DNA from: a virus | Taxonomy: Duplodnaviria > Caudoviricetes | Strand: one strand, 5' to 3' | Virus record (IMG/VR): IMGVR_UViG_3300044667_000164 | Coordinates: 1 to 54,846 of that record | DNA: 54,846 nucleotides | In this document: piece by piece, positions 43,310 to 51,894 of the stretch | Layout: each line of letters begins with the position of its first letter | How positions within the stretch are numbered: the first letter of the stretch is position 1 | Position numbers and translations under genes: made by a program | Notes under the pieces: model-generated | The model's input: the letters and a program-made list of their open reading frames with translations, nothing else | The model's database searches: none | What the model was told of the DNA's origin: nothing

Positions 43310-43500
43310 TTCTGCCGCCTCGGATCGAGTGCCTGCGCGATCAGAATCTCCGCGACATCGGCCTCTGGCAGACACCATTCGCCGGCCCGCGCCTTCAGCC
43401 GTCGCCACGTCAACCGGTCAAGCGCAATGCGCAGCGCCTGGCGCCCGTCATGGGTCGCAAGCGGCTTGTCGGTCGGCAGTGTGAGAATGCGCGCGGTCAT
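43306..43500 (-). CDS. Small hypothetical protein (possible ribbon-helix-helix)
   Basis: LRIALD...RRLKARA.E....ADVAEIL. Confidence 0.55.
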   Translation of the reverse strand: MTARILTLPTDKPLATHDGRQALRIALDRLTWRRLKARAGEWCLPEADVAEILIAQALDPRRQK

Positions 43501-43597
43501 GCGGCAACCTCACGCGCCAAGGGCGAGGCGACGAAGAGCGCCTTGGTCGCGGCGCCGTCGGAGCCCTGATAAATCCGGAAGACATCGGCGAGATCGG

Positions 43598-43933
43598 TCA
43601 CAGCCCAACCTCCTTCAGGAAGGTCTCAAGTCCGACAGGCGCTGCGGGCTCGTTGAAGTAGAGGCGGATCGCTTCCCAGAGTTTCAGTCGACGCGCTTCC
43701 ATCCGTTGTTGGAGCTGGATTATTCGCGCGAGCGGGATGGTTCGCGCTTGGACGCGGCGCTCGACCAGCCGCAACATTCTGCGTTCGCGGCGGTTCAGCC
43801 GTTGATAGTCAGCACGCAACCGCTCCGGCAGCTTGCGCCAGCAGTTGCGGCAAATGATCTCCTCGCCCGGTTCGTACTCGGCCCGCGCGGTGCGGCGACA
43901 ACTCAGGTTGATGCAGGGAAACCGATCGCTCAC
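43598..43933 (-). CDS. Cys-containing hypothetical protein
   Basis: PCINLSCRRT..ICRNCW. Confidence 0.7.
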   Translation of the reverse strand: MSDRFPCINLSCRRTARAEYEPGEEIICRNCWRKLPERLRADYQRLNRRERRMLRLVERRVQARTIPLARIIQLQQRMEARRLKLWEAIRLYFNEPAAPVGLETFLKEVGL

Positions 43934-44793
43934 TCCTCACCCTCCCTCATGTCATCGCCGAGGGGGGGGGGATTGACGGCGTCAAACGCGGCAAGATCGA
44001 ACAGCGGCGGTCCTTCAACGGAAAGTGCCGCTGTGTCATCGGGCTTGCGGGCCACGATCAGCGGCGGATTGCTGGGCCAACCGATCTCGAGTTCGATCGC
44101 GAAGCCCGCAGCGCGCAATTCGTCGACGAGGCAGGCATGCGTTCGCGCATCAGACAGCGCGACGAGCGCCGCACCCGGTTTCAAGGCCGCGATCACCCGG
44201 CGCAGGCTCGCGGCCGCCACGCCCGCCGTCGGCACCATGATGAAGGCGTCGAGCGCCGCGTCCTTCAGCTGCGCGATCGCGTCGGCAAGATTCTCGACGC
44301 GCAATTCCTCGCGCCGCGCGACCGGCTCGCGCCAGGCCAGCGCCTCGGCGGCGCGCAACAGGTCGCTGTCGCCTGCGCCAATCCAGCCTTCGCCTGCGCC
44401 AATTGGCGCAGGCTCCGGTGGACACGTTGGCGCAGGCTCGTTTGTCGGATCGAGTATATCGACCGAAGAAACAACGGACGCGGGCTCAGGTGACGCTATC
44501 GGGCGGGGCTGGGGCGTTGAACCCGAGGCGTCACATCGCAAGGAAGGCGAGCCGGCAGCGCCCACGACTGAAGCGTTGGCCGCCGCCGGCTCTGTCGAGG
44601 CAGCCTTGACGCGGTCGCGATCCGCATCGGGTGCGCATCCGCCGCGTTTGCGTTGCTGCGCCGCCGGGGGACATCCGGCGCGCTGCAAAGCAGCGGCCCC
44701 CTCCTCTGCCTCGATCGGAATATTCGCGGCACCCGCGCGCCGCAGGAACAATGGGATATCGAGACCATCGTCGGTTGTTGCGAGCTCAGCCAC
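43930..44793 (-). CDS. Mosaic protein: FtsZ-tail-like peptide, low-complexity linker, degenerate DNA methyltransferase-like segment
   Basis: GTG at 44793; DDGLDIPLFLRR; LKPGA.LV...RT...AGF.I...I.W...PLIVARKP. Confidence 0.55.
   Translation of the reverse strand: MAELATTDDGLDIPLFLRRAGAANIPIEAEEGAAALQRAGCPPAAQQRKRGGCAPDADRDRVKAASTEPAAANASVVGAAGSPSLRCDASGSTPQPRPIASPEPASVVSSVDILDPTNEPAPTCPPEPAPIGAGEGWIGAGDSDLLRAAEALAWREPVARREELRVENLADAIAQLKDAALDAFIMVPTAGVAAASLRRVIAALKPGAALVALSDARTHACLVDELRAAGFAIELEIGWPSNPPLIVARKPDDTAALSVEGPPLFDLAAFDAVNPPPLGDDMREGEE
44371..44437. repeat. 22-bp palindrome copy 3 (44392-44413) flanked by half-sites
   Basis: Half-sites GCCTGCGCCAAT at 44371 and TTGGCGCAGGC at 44427. 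Confidence 0.9.
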
Positions 44794-46003
44794 GCGACAC
44801 GCCTCCCCAGCGAAAGAGACCTTCGTGGTAGGCCAGCAGGATGAGCGCGACGATGAGTGCAAGGCCGAGCGACTCGTGACCATCGTGCGCGACTTCAGCG
44901 GCGATGATCGCGCCGGAAGCTTCGATCGCGGTCAGCACCGGCCGGATCAAACGATGCCAGTACCACGGCTTCAGCCGCGGCGATGCAGGCTTGGACATCG
45001 CCTGGCTCGGAATGCTCAGGCGCAACTGGTGCGACAGGGCCGCAGCCGATTCCATGTCCATTGTCAGCGTGCATTCACAGGGCAAGCTGAGTTTGCGGTG
45101 TAAGGCGATCGACCGCTCCAGGATATCGGCGAGTTCTGCGATGGAGGCGATCGCGGTCACGAGGCGACCTCCGCGAGAAGCTGATGGTCGACCGCACCCG
45201 GACACGTCGGAACGGGCGAGCCCGGCCGCGCGATCACGACACCCTTATCGACGTACTCGACCCAATGGGCGCCCTCTTCGTGCCGCGTCCGCTTCACGAG
45301 CCCGCAGAGAAAGCAGGCCCGATCAGTGTGCCGCGCGTAGCGATGCGGCTCGCTCCAGGAATGACGCCCGGTCTTATGCATGGCCGGACCGTTCGCTTTC
45401 CGGCGCGGGCGATGGCGCGTCCCAGGTCGGCAAACGCCCCGTCATTTGCTTCAGCGCCAAATTCACCACGGCCTGCATCAGCGCCATGAAGGCTTCTTTG
45501 GCCTCAGGATCGCTCGCGATCGTGACGAACCGGATCGAACCGAGCAGCAGCGCGCCTTCCATGGTGCCGGGCTCGGCGTAGTAGGCGTTCCACATCTCGC
45601 CTTCGTGCCGAAAGGCGATGCGCCCTAGCCCTTTCATTTCGCTCATTGCGGCCTCACCTCCCAAGTCATCGGCTGTCTCCGGGCTTCACCCCGAGCAACC
45701 GCGCCGTCGTCTCGTTGACGAAACTCCCCGGCGTGATCTCGACCATGATGACGCCATCGCCGCGGTCGTAAGTGTTCTCGCCCGGCCTGAAGCCGCTGCG
45801 CTTGGCATCGGCGATCTGCTTCAGTTGATCGTCCGCTTTCATGCTTCGCCTCGCACGATGAGGAGGATCAGCGACGGCAGGCAGGCCGCGGTGACCGCGA
45901 ACGCCATCAGCGCGACGCAGAGCGCGGGATCGTCGCGCGTCACGACCGCGAGGATCGCACCACACAAGAGCAGGATCATGCGGCGCTCGATGGCTGCGGT
46001 CAT
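44786..46003 (-). other. Run of five small, mostly overlapping hypothetical genes (44786-45160, 45157-45381, 45374-45646, 45666-45842, 45839-46003)
   Basis: Stop/start overlaps typical of phage early operons. Confidence 0.6.
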
Positions 46004-46641
46004 CGCGCCCTCCGCGGGATCGAGCGCCGCAGGCTCGGCAGGATCTCGCGGCACAGCCCGAGATAGCTGGCCCGCGCTGCTTCCCAGCCGACCGGACGGA
46101 TCACAGCGGAAAGCGGCGCGATATCCTGGTACGGCGTCCAGTCCGGATGGGGACGGTTGCCCATCAGATCGCGCCATTCGGTCACGAACAGCCGCAAGTC
46201 CCAATGCTTGATTTGGGCCTGCATCTCCGGCGTCGGCGGCCAGGCGAGGCCGGCTGCGACATGGACCGCCACATCGAAGCGATAGGTCAGAAGATCGAAC
46301 GCTTCGAGGATGGTCGAGCCGAGCACGCCGAAGGCTTCCTGGGCGATCGCCGCGATCGCATTCTTCTTCGGCGTGGTGTCGTCCTTCAGAAACGCTTCGT
46401 GCGCGTCGTGCAGCAGGAAATAGCCCGCGAGCTCTTCATCCTTGTCCGACGCAAGGATCGCGGCCGCGCCGAGCGCGCAGTGCTGGGCGACTGAATATTC
46501 CGCCTCCGGCGTCGCGCCATTGTAGCGCTTCTCTTTCGCGAGCTGCTCGGCGATCACGGCGAAGTCGATGTCGCCGACCAGCGGGTTGAGCAGATCGACG
46601 CCGTGGCCGTTGACGAGGGTGAGGATGGTGCGCGCGCTCAT
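46000..46641 (-). CDS. HD-domain phosphohydrolase (YfdR/YfbR-like)
   Basis: RYNG...YSVAQHC, LLHDAHEAF..D..TP.K, D.R...TE.RDLM. Confidence 0.88.
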   Translation of the reverse strand: MSARTILTLVNGHGVDLLNPLVGDIDFAVIAEQLAKEKRYNGATPEAEYSVAQHCALGAAAILASDKDEELAGYFLLHDAHEAFLKDDTTPKKNAIAAIAQEAFGVLGSTILEAFDLLTYRFDVAVHVAAGLAWPPTPEMQAQIKHWDLRLFVTEWRDLMGNRPHPDWTPYQDIAPLSAVIRPVGWEAARASYLGLCREILPSLRRSIPRRAR

Positions 46642-47937
46642 TTATTCCGCCGCCTCGACTTGATCGATCGACAATTCCTGCTGTTTGGTCAGCCGCGCCT
46701 CGTTGCCCCAGCCCTTCCAGTCACCGGGCAGTTCACCGCGGGGAAACAGTTCGACCTTGGGCAGGTCCGGGTAATAGGCGCTGATCAGCTCGCGGAAATA
46801 GGCGGGCTTCGCCGAGTGCGCGGTGCGCGCTTCGGCATGGACCGAGGCTTTCAGCACCGACGGGTCGGGCGCGACCATCTTGCCGCGTGTCGCGATCAAC
46901 AGCGGTTCGTGCTGATTCCTGTTCCAGAACCCGGTGCCCTGGTGCTGCTTGTCCCAGCAGAATTCGGAGACATAGGTGAAGCCGTAGGCCTCGATCAGCC
47001 GCAGGGTTTTGACGAGCCACGGCACCGTGGTCCAGATGAACAGCACCGCATCGTCAGTCGCGAGCTCACCGACCGGGAGCTTGGCGAGCTCCTCTTCCGT
47101 CATCGTCGGATAATGGTTTTCCGTCGAGCGGTCGGAATCGCCGGCATCGAACTTGGTCGGCGGGTCCATGTAGATCACTGGGAACCTGGTCGCGGTCGAC
47201 AGCTCGGTGTTGCCGGCCGCCTGCTTCTTCAGCTTCTCGACGCGCTCCGCGCGCCGCTGTTCGTTCTTCTCCTTCCGGATCGCCTTCGCCTTGGCGAGGA
47301 TCTCGGCCTCGCTCATCGCCGCGACGCCCTTTTGCTCCTCGGCCGGCAACGCCTCGGCAATCTCAGCCGCGGTCGAGACCGCGACCTTGCCCGCTTCCAC
47401 GGCCGCCTTCAGTTCCGGAGCCGCCTTGTCTTCCACGACGGCCGCCCGCTGCACGCTGCGGCGCCCGACGTTGAGCACGTCAGCGGCTTCCGACTGCGAC
47501 ACCAGCGGCTCGGGTTGTGCGACCACTGCGGCGCCTTCGCCCGAGCCGAGCGGCAGCGGTGGCGCGTCCACGGCCGCAGCCTTGCTGAACTGGTTGTCGC
47601 CGATGCGCAGCGTCGCGAGCTTCGCTGCGACCATCGCGCGCTGGCTCTCGGTCAGATGCCGGCGTCGCAGGTTCTTCGCGATCACATAGGCCAGCGCCTC
47701 GCGATCGGTGCCGGCGAAGACCTCGACCCGCACGCCGAGCCCGCGCTTGATGCAGGCCGTGTAGCGGTTGCGACCGTCGAGGACCATCTCGCGGTGCAGC
47801 TTGACGGTCTCGACCTGACCGTTCTGTTCGATGTCGCCGCCGAGCTCAGCGAGCTCCGCCTCGCCCAGCATCGGAAACAGGTTCGCGAGCGGATGGAATT
47901 TCAACGGCGCGTGGCCGGGGCTAAGAACGTCACTCAT
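46642..47937 (-). CDS. ParB-like N-terminal domain fused to MT-A70 adenine methyltransferase
   Basis: HPLANLFP, LDGRNRY.AC, NL.RRHL.ESQR; VIYMDPPT, HYPTM, LFIWT, HSAKP, VELF.R, WGNE. Confidence 0.9.
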   Translation of the reverse strand: MSDVLSPGHAPLKFHPLANLFPMLGEAELAELGGDIEQNGQVETVKLHREMVLDGRNRYTACIKRGLGVRVEVFAGTDREALAYVIAKNLRRRHLTESQRAMVAAKLATLRIGDNQFSKAAAVDAPPLPLGSGEGAAVVAQPEPLVSQSEAADVLNVGRRSVQRAAVVEDKAAPELKAAVEAGKVAVSTAAEIAEALPAEEQKGVAAMSEAEILAKAKAIRKEKNEQRRAERVEKLKKQAAGNTELSTATRFPVIYMDPPTKFDAGDSDRSTENHYPTMTEEELAKLPVGELATDDAVLFIWTTVPWLVKTLRLIEAYGFTYVSEFCWDKQHQGTGFWNRNQHEPLLIATRGKMVAPDPSVLKASVHAEARTAHSAKPAYFRELISAYYPDLPKVELFPRGELPGDWKGWGNEARLTKQQELSIDQVEAAE

Positions 47938-48338
47938 TCAGCGTCTCCCGCCAGGAAGGGACACGCGATCTCGTATTCCTCGTCCGTGATCTTGCGGATC
48001 GCGCAGCGCTCGCCGTCGAAGATTTCGTCGCCGAGCTTCGGCACATGACCGAAGCGCAGGATCAGATGATGCTTGAACTCGGACGGGACAACGCCGCGCT
48101 TTTCCTTGGTGCCCTTGATCCGCAGCTTGCCGGCATCGCCGCCCGACCCCATTAACAACACGAAGCGCTCCGACTTCGCGATCACGATCACCGTCGGAAC
48201 GGTGATGGTCAGGCGCGGCTTGACCCTGGAGCGGTCGAAGCCCCCCCCCAACGGCTTTTCCGCGCGGCGCCGGCCGCATGTAGGAAACGAGCGCGGTCGG
48301 CGGCATGTTGTCCTTCGTCTCGGTCTCGAGGTCGGCAT
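47934..48338 (-). CDS. Hypothetical protein, possibly frameshifted at a G9 tract (48241-48249)
   Basis: Protein-like C-terminal part in one frame and an RBS-preceded N-terminal part in another. Confidence 0.5.
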   Translation of the reverse strand: MPTSRPRRRTTCRRPRSFPTCGRRRAEKPLGGGFDRSRVKPRLTITVPTVIVIAKSERFVLLMGSGGDAGKLRIKGTKEKRGVVPSEFKHHLILRFGHVPKLGDEIFDGERCAIRKITDEEYEIACPFLAGDAE

Positions 48339-48538
48339 CAGCGCGCCCTCCCCCACCTCTTCTGAAAGGCGTCCAGCAAAAACCCGCACCAGGTCGCAAC
48401 CTTCAGCGGCCAGACCAGCAGAACGAACAGTGCAAACACGATGGTGACGGACGGCCGCCGGCCGGCGGCGTACGGGCGCGCGGAGACAATAAAAAAGAGG
48501 CCGCCGATCAGGAGATAGACGAGAAGGCTCGTGATCAT
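48338..48538 (-). CDS. Small membrane protein
   Basis: Two hydrophobic segments. Confidence 0.6.
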   Translation of the reverse strand: MITSLLVYLLIGGLFFIVSARPYAAGRRPSVTIVFALFVLLVWPLKVATWCGFLLDAFQKRWGRAR

Positions 48539-48798
48539 CGCGCCGCCTCCGGCACCGTCGAAGGCTTTGTCCGCGACACGCCGCGCTCTTTTTCGAGGGC
48601 GCGCAGCGCGGGTCCGGGATAGCGCGACTGGTCGATCACGATCAGCCGCTTCAAGGGCACCTCGACGCGCTGGCCGCCGCGCCTATGCACCGCGACCTCT
48701 TCGGTCCTAACGACCTGCCGGACCAGGTGTGGGCGCTTCGGCCTGTAAGCCCTGTTGCGGGTCAGCGCGGCAAAGAAGCGTTCGATCACTTTGAGCAT
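48535..48798 (-). CDS. Basic hypothetical protein
   Basis: ATG ORF overlapping the next gene. Confidence 0.55.
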   Translation of the reverse strand: MLKVIERFFAALTRNRAYRPKRPHLVRQVVRTEEVAVHRRGGQRVEVPLKRLIVIDQSRYPGPALRALEKERGVSRTKPSTVPEAAR

Positions 48799-48875
48799 GA
48801 GAAGAGCGCTCGCTCAGGAGACACCTGAACGCCTGATGGATCGGCGGTTGAAGGGAACGCGGTTACAGGGACTGG

Positions 48876-49175
48876 CTAACGCAACAGAACGCGGGTGATG
48901 CTCAGCTTGGATTTTCCGGCCCGCTTGCCGCGGATCTCATTGATGATGACGAGGATGGCGTCGAAGGACGGCTCGCGCGCCCCTGAAAGCCAGAACTTGG
49001 CCGCGCGCTCGGACACCGCGCAGCGATACGCGAGCTCTGCGGCGGTTTTCTTCGGCCACAGGGCACGCGCGACAACAGCGAAGCGGTTTTCAGAATCGAG
49101 GGAACAACTAGGAACACCTGTTCCCGCGTTGGCTTTTGACGGCGCGGCAAGCGTTCGCTCTGATTCCCCCGCCAT
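48876..49175 (-). CDS. HTH regulator in cII-like position
   Basis: LWPKKTAAELA....VSERAAKFWLSG.REPS. Confidence 0.75.
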   Translation of the reverse strand: MAGESERTLAAPSKANAGTGVPSCSLDSENRFAVVARALWPKKTAAELAYRCAVSERAAKFWLSGAREPSFDAILVIINEIRGKRAGKSKLSITRVLLR

Positions 49176-49219
49176 GACGCAACTCCAACTGACGCAACTC
49201 CAACTGACGCAACTCCAAC
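49175..49219. repeat. Perfect 3 x 15-bp tandem repeat TGACGCAACTCCAAC
   Basis: Copies at 49175, 49190 and 49205. Confidence 0.95.
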
Positions 49220-49342
49220 GAGTCTACGCGACGAACGCAACTGAAGCGCGCCGCTCGCGCGCCGCTGACGAAATGCCTTGCGCACAACCCGCACTTGCGT
49301 GTGTAATCCACCCGTACTCGCGTGAAAGTTTGGGGCTGGGGC

Positions 49343-49600
49343 ATGCGTGGAATTCAGGAGGTGACCCCGATCCTCGATACCTACTGCTCGGGGCTGGGAG
49401 CAATCGAGGATCTGGGTACGACGGTGCGCTTCTATCTTTACGTTCTGCAGGTGTCGGACGCAGGCGTGCAGGAGCGCATCCTGGTCGACAAGATCGTGAT
49501 GCCGAAATCGGCGGTGCCGGATGCCATCCTGCAGGCGATCGCAGCGATCGGCGGCGAGGTCGGCCATGTGCTGACGCTGGCAGGCGAGCTCGTGCATTAG
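49343..49600 (+). CDS. Hypothetical protein
   Basis: 85 aa with protein-like composition, converging on cro. Confidence 0.6.
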   Translation: MRGIQEVTPILDTYCSGLGAIEDLGTTVRFYLYVLQVSDAGVQERILVDKIVMPKSAVPDAILQAIAAIGGEVGHVLTLAGELVH

Positions 49601-49610
49601 GCCCTCTCGC

Positions 49611-49838
49611 TCATCGCACCGCCTCGGTCTCGCGGGCATCATGGTCGGGACCGATCGATAGAAAATCGTTGGCTGTGACAGCACCGCCGGTCTCGCGGAT
49701 GATCGCTTCGGCGACGCGCGGCCGCGGGCAGTATTTGCCCTTGCAGTAATCGGTCACGACGGACGGCTGAACGCCAATGCGCTTGGCGAACTCGAACTTC
49801 CGCATCTTCGTCAGCTTCAACCAGTCTTCGAGCTTCAT
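49611..49838 (-). CDS. Cro-like HTH repressor
   Basis: MKLEDWL.....FAKRIGV..S.V..Y..G...P....I...TGGAVTANDF. Confidence 0.88.
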   Translation of the reverse strand: MKLEDWLKLTKMRKFEFAKRIGVQPSVVTDYCKGKYCPRPRVAEAIIRETGGAVTANDFLSIGPDHDARETEAVR

Positions 49839-49934
49839 CGCGCCCGAATCATTAGCATGAGCGAAATTTCGGTTCAAACGAATATTCAGACTGACGGGCT
49901 TCCGCATGCGGTTCCGCTCCGTAGAATCGCAGCC

Positions 49935-50291
49935 ATGGCGAAGCGTGGACCGCACAAGCCGCGAGCAAAAAAGCCGCCGGCCCAATGGAATAAGAACTTC
50001 ATCAAGGAGTGGCGGATCTTCCGCGGCCTGACTGTGGAACAACTCGCCGAAGCCGCCGCAATGTCCACAGGCAATCTCTCGGCGCTCGAAAATCAGCGGC
50101 AGGGTCACAGCACCCAGGGGCTCGCCAAACTCGCCAAAGCGCTGCGGACCGAGCCCGACAAGCTGCTTCGAATCAACCCGATGGCCGACGACGAGACCGG
50201 CGATTTCTGGTCGCTCTGGGAAATCGCCACCCCGCAGGACCGCGAGACGCTGCGAATCATGGCCGGCCGCCTCGTCGGCACCAAAAAGTGA
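49935..50291 (+). CDS. CI-like XRE repressor (no peptidase S24 domain)
   Basis: FIKEWR..RGLTVEQLAE...MS.GNLS.LEN.R; divergent from cro. Confidence 0.88.
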   Translation: MAKRGPHKPRAKKPPAQWNKNFIKEWRIFRGLTVEQLAEAAAMSTGNLSALENQRQGHSTQGLAKLAKALRTEPDKLLRINPMADDETGDFWSLWEIATPQDRETLRIMAGRLVGTKK

Positions 50292-50644
50292 GACAAGGCG
50301 CTGTCATCGCGCTTTTGACCGCGTGTGCGCTGGTGACCGGGCGCCCGGCACCGGCCCAGATCCCGCCCTCCCCGCTCTACCGCATGACGGCTCGCCTGCC
50401 GGTCTGCCGCAACGCGGCTGACCTTGAACGGTTGCTGACCTATGTCGCCGATCGCGATGTGACGGCCTACAGCAACGCGCTTTTGCCGCTGCTGCTCGCG
50501 CACCAGTGCCGGATGCTCGACAAGGGCCAGGACCTCCATGTCGATCGCGAGGGCGCAGGCGGGGTGCGCTGCGTCCGGATTCAAGGCGAAGCCGACTGCT
50601 GGTGGAGCACAGGGTCCGCGCTCGAAGCCGCCCCCGTTCACTAA
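50288..50644 (+). CDS. Exported Cys-containing protein coupled to the repressor
   Basis: GTGA overlap; signal peptide; four Cys in the mature part. Confidence 0.65.
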   Translation: MRQGAVIALLTACALVTGRPAPAQIPPSPLYRMTARLPVCRNAADLERLLTYVADRDVTAYSNALLPLLLAHQCRMLDKGQDLHVDREGAGGVRCVRIQGEADCWWSTGSALEAAPVH

Positions 50645-50678
50645 CCATCCCCGCCCATCCTGCTGAGACATCGACAGT

Positions 50679-50764
50679 TTCGGCAAAACCGAAAATATTT
50701 TCGGCTTCGCTGGCTTTTCGGTTGTACCGAATATTTGGTTGTGCTAGTGATTGGTTCATCCGAA
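50679..50764. promoter_or_regulatory. Repressor operators TTCGG-N5-CCGAA at a pL-like promoter (further copy at 49868-49882)
   Basis: Exact at 50679 and 50717; variants at 50750 and 49868. Confidence 0.75.
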
Positions 50765-50777
50765 CAAGGAGGCCAGC

Positions 50778-51831
50778 ATGACCTACGATGAAGCCAAGGC
50801 CACCCGCGACCAGATCGAGGCCGAGGTCGTCCGGCTCGCCCGCGTGCTCGGCGCCTTCCCGCGGACCGCGCTCGGCCTCACCCCGGATCACATCAAGGCC
50901 AGCGTCGAGTACCGAACGGCCAAGGCCGCGTTCGATGCCGCGTTCCACCGCCAGCGCGTGTTCAACTTCGCCTTCGTCAAAACCTTCAAACGCGAGATCG
51001 CGGCCGAACGCCGCGCCCGCCGCTTCGCCTGACTGCAATCCCGTCCACCGTCGCCAACGGAGACCACCATGACCGCAACCGTCGCCCAGACCCGCCCCAA
51101 CAACCCGTTCGAGATCGCCCGCCGCAACCTGATCGACTCCTTGAGCACCATGGCGGTGCCGCTGCCGATCGCGAATTTCCCGTATGCGGAAGATTTCGAG
51201 GCGGTCGCCGATCACCTGCGCCAGGCCGCCGCAATTTTCGATGCGTGGCTTCAGGACATCGGCGCCCAGGTCAAGATGAACGCGCCGTGCCGGATCGACG
51301 ACGGTCAGTTCGACTGCGCGTTTTCCGGCGCGATCGCCGGCAACGCCACGTTCGAGACCCAGCGCTGCGCCGAGATCATCCGCGACGAACAACAAGCGAT
51401 GGGGTTCCTGCCGTGATCGCCGCGTTCGGACTCGGACTGATCACCGGTGCCGCGCTTGCGACCTCGATGATTGTCGCCGCCTTGCTGCTGGTCCGCGCCT
51501 ATCGCCGGCAGCATCCGTTCATCCTCGACCTTCCGCATGAGGGCCGGTCATGATCCTCGACATCTCCCACAACGCCACCATGATCCACGGCGCGGTCACG
51601 AGCCTCAACCTCGACCTGTTCGCGCGCGGCATGTTCATCGACCGCCTGCAGGTCGCCGCCGACCGCGGCATGCTGATCGCGCCGGACGGCGCGATCGCCC
51701 GCCAGCTTGCCGACGACGTCAAGACCTTGCGCTTTCTCGCGCTGCAGCTCGAGCAGCGCAGGGCCGCCTTGATCGACAATGCCACCCCGCGCTTTCAGTC
51801 CATTCCTTCGCCAAGGGCGAACGCGCGCTAA
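50778..51831 (+). other. Four small early genes (50778-51032, 51069-51416, 51413-51553, 51550-51831)
   Basis: AAGGAGG RBS before the first; stop/start overlaps. Confidence 0.65.
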
Positions 51832-51894
51832 CCCACGTCACTAGCGGTCACGACCGCCGTCACAACCGGTCGAAACACGAGGGAGACTTTCGCC

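Noticed and set aside
43497-43601. 34-aa ORF (MTDLADVFRIYQGSDGAATKALF...) as a truncated gene remnant
   Set aside because: Stop/start overlaps make it plausible, but it is too short to assign without a search
42911-45103. 730-aa + strand ORF and other long antisense ORFs (e.g. 30993..32558, 33922..35499, 46603..48048, 10988..12406)
   Set aside because: Shadow frames of GC-rich minus-strand genes that have clear motifs; Arg/Ala-biased with no domain signatures
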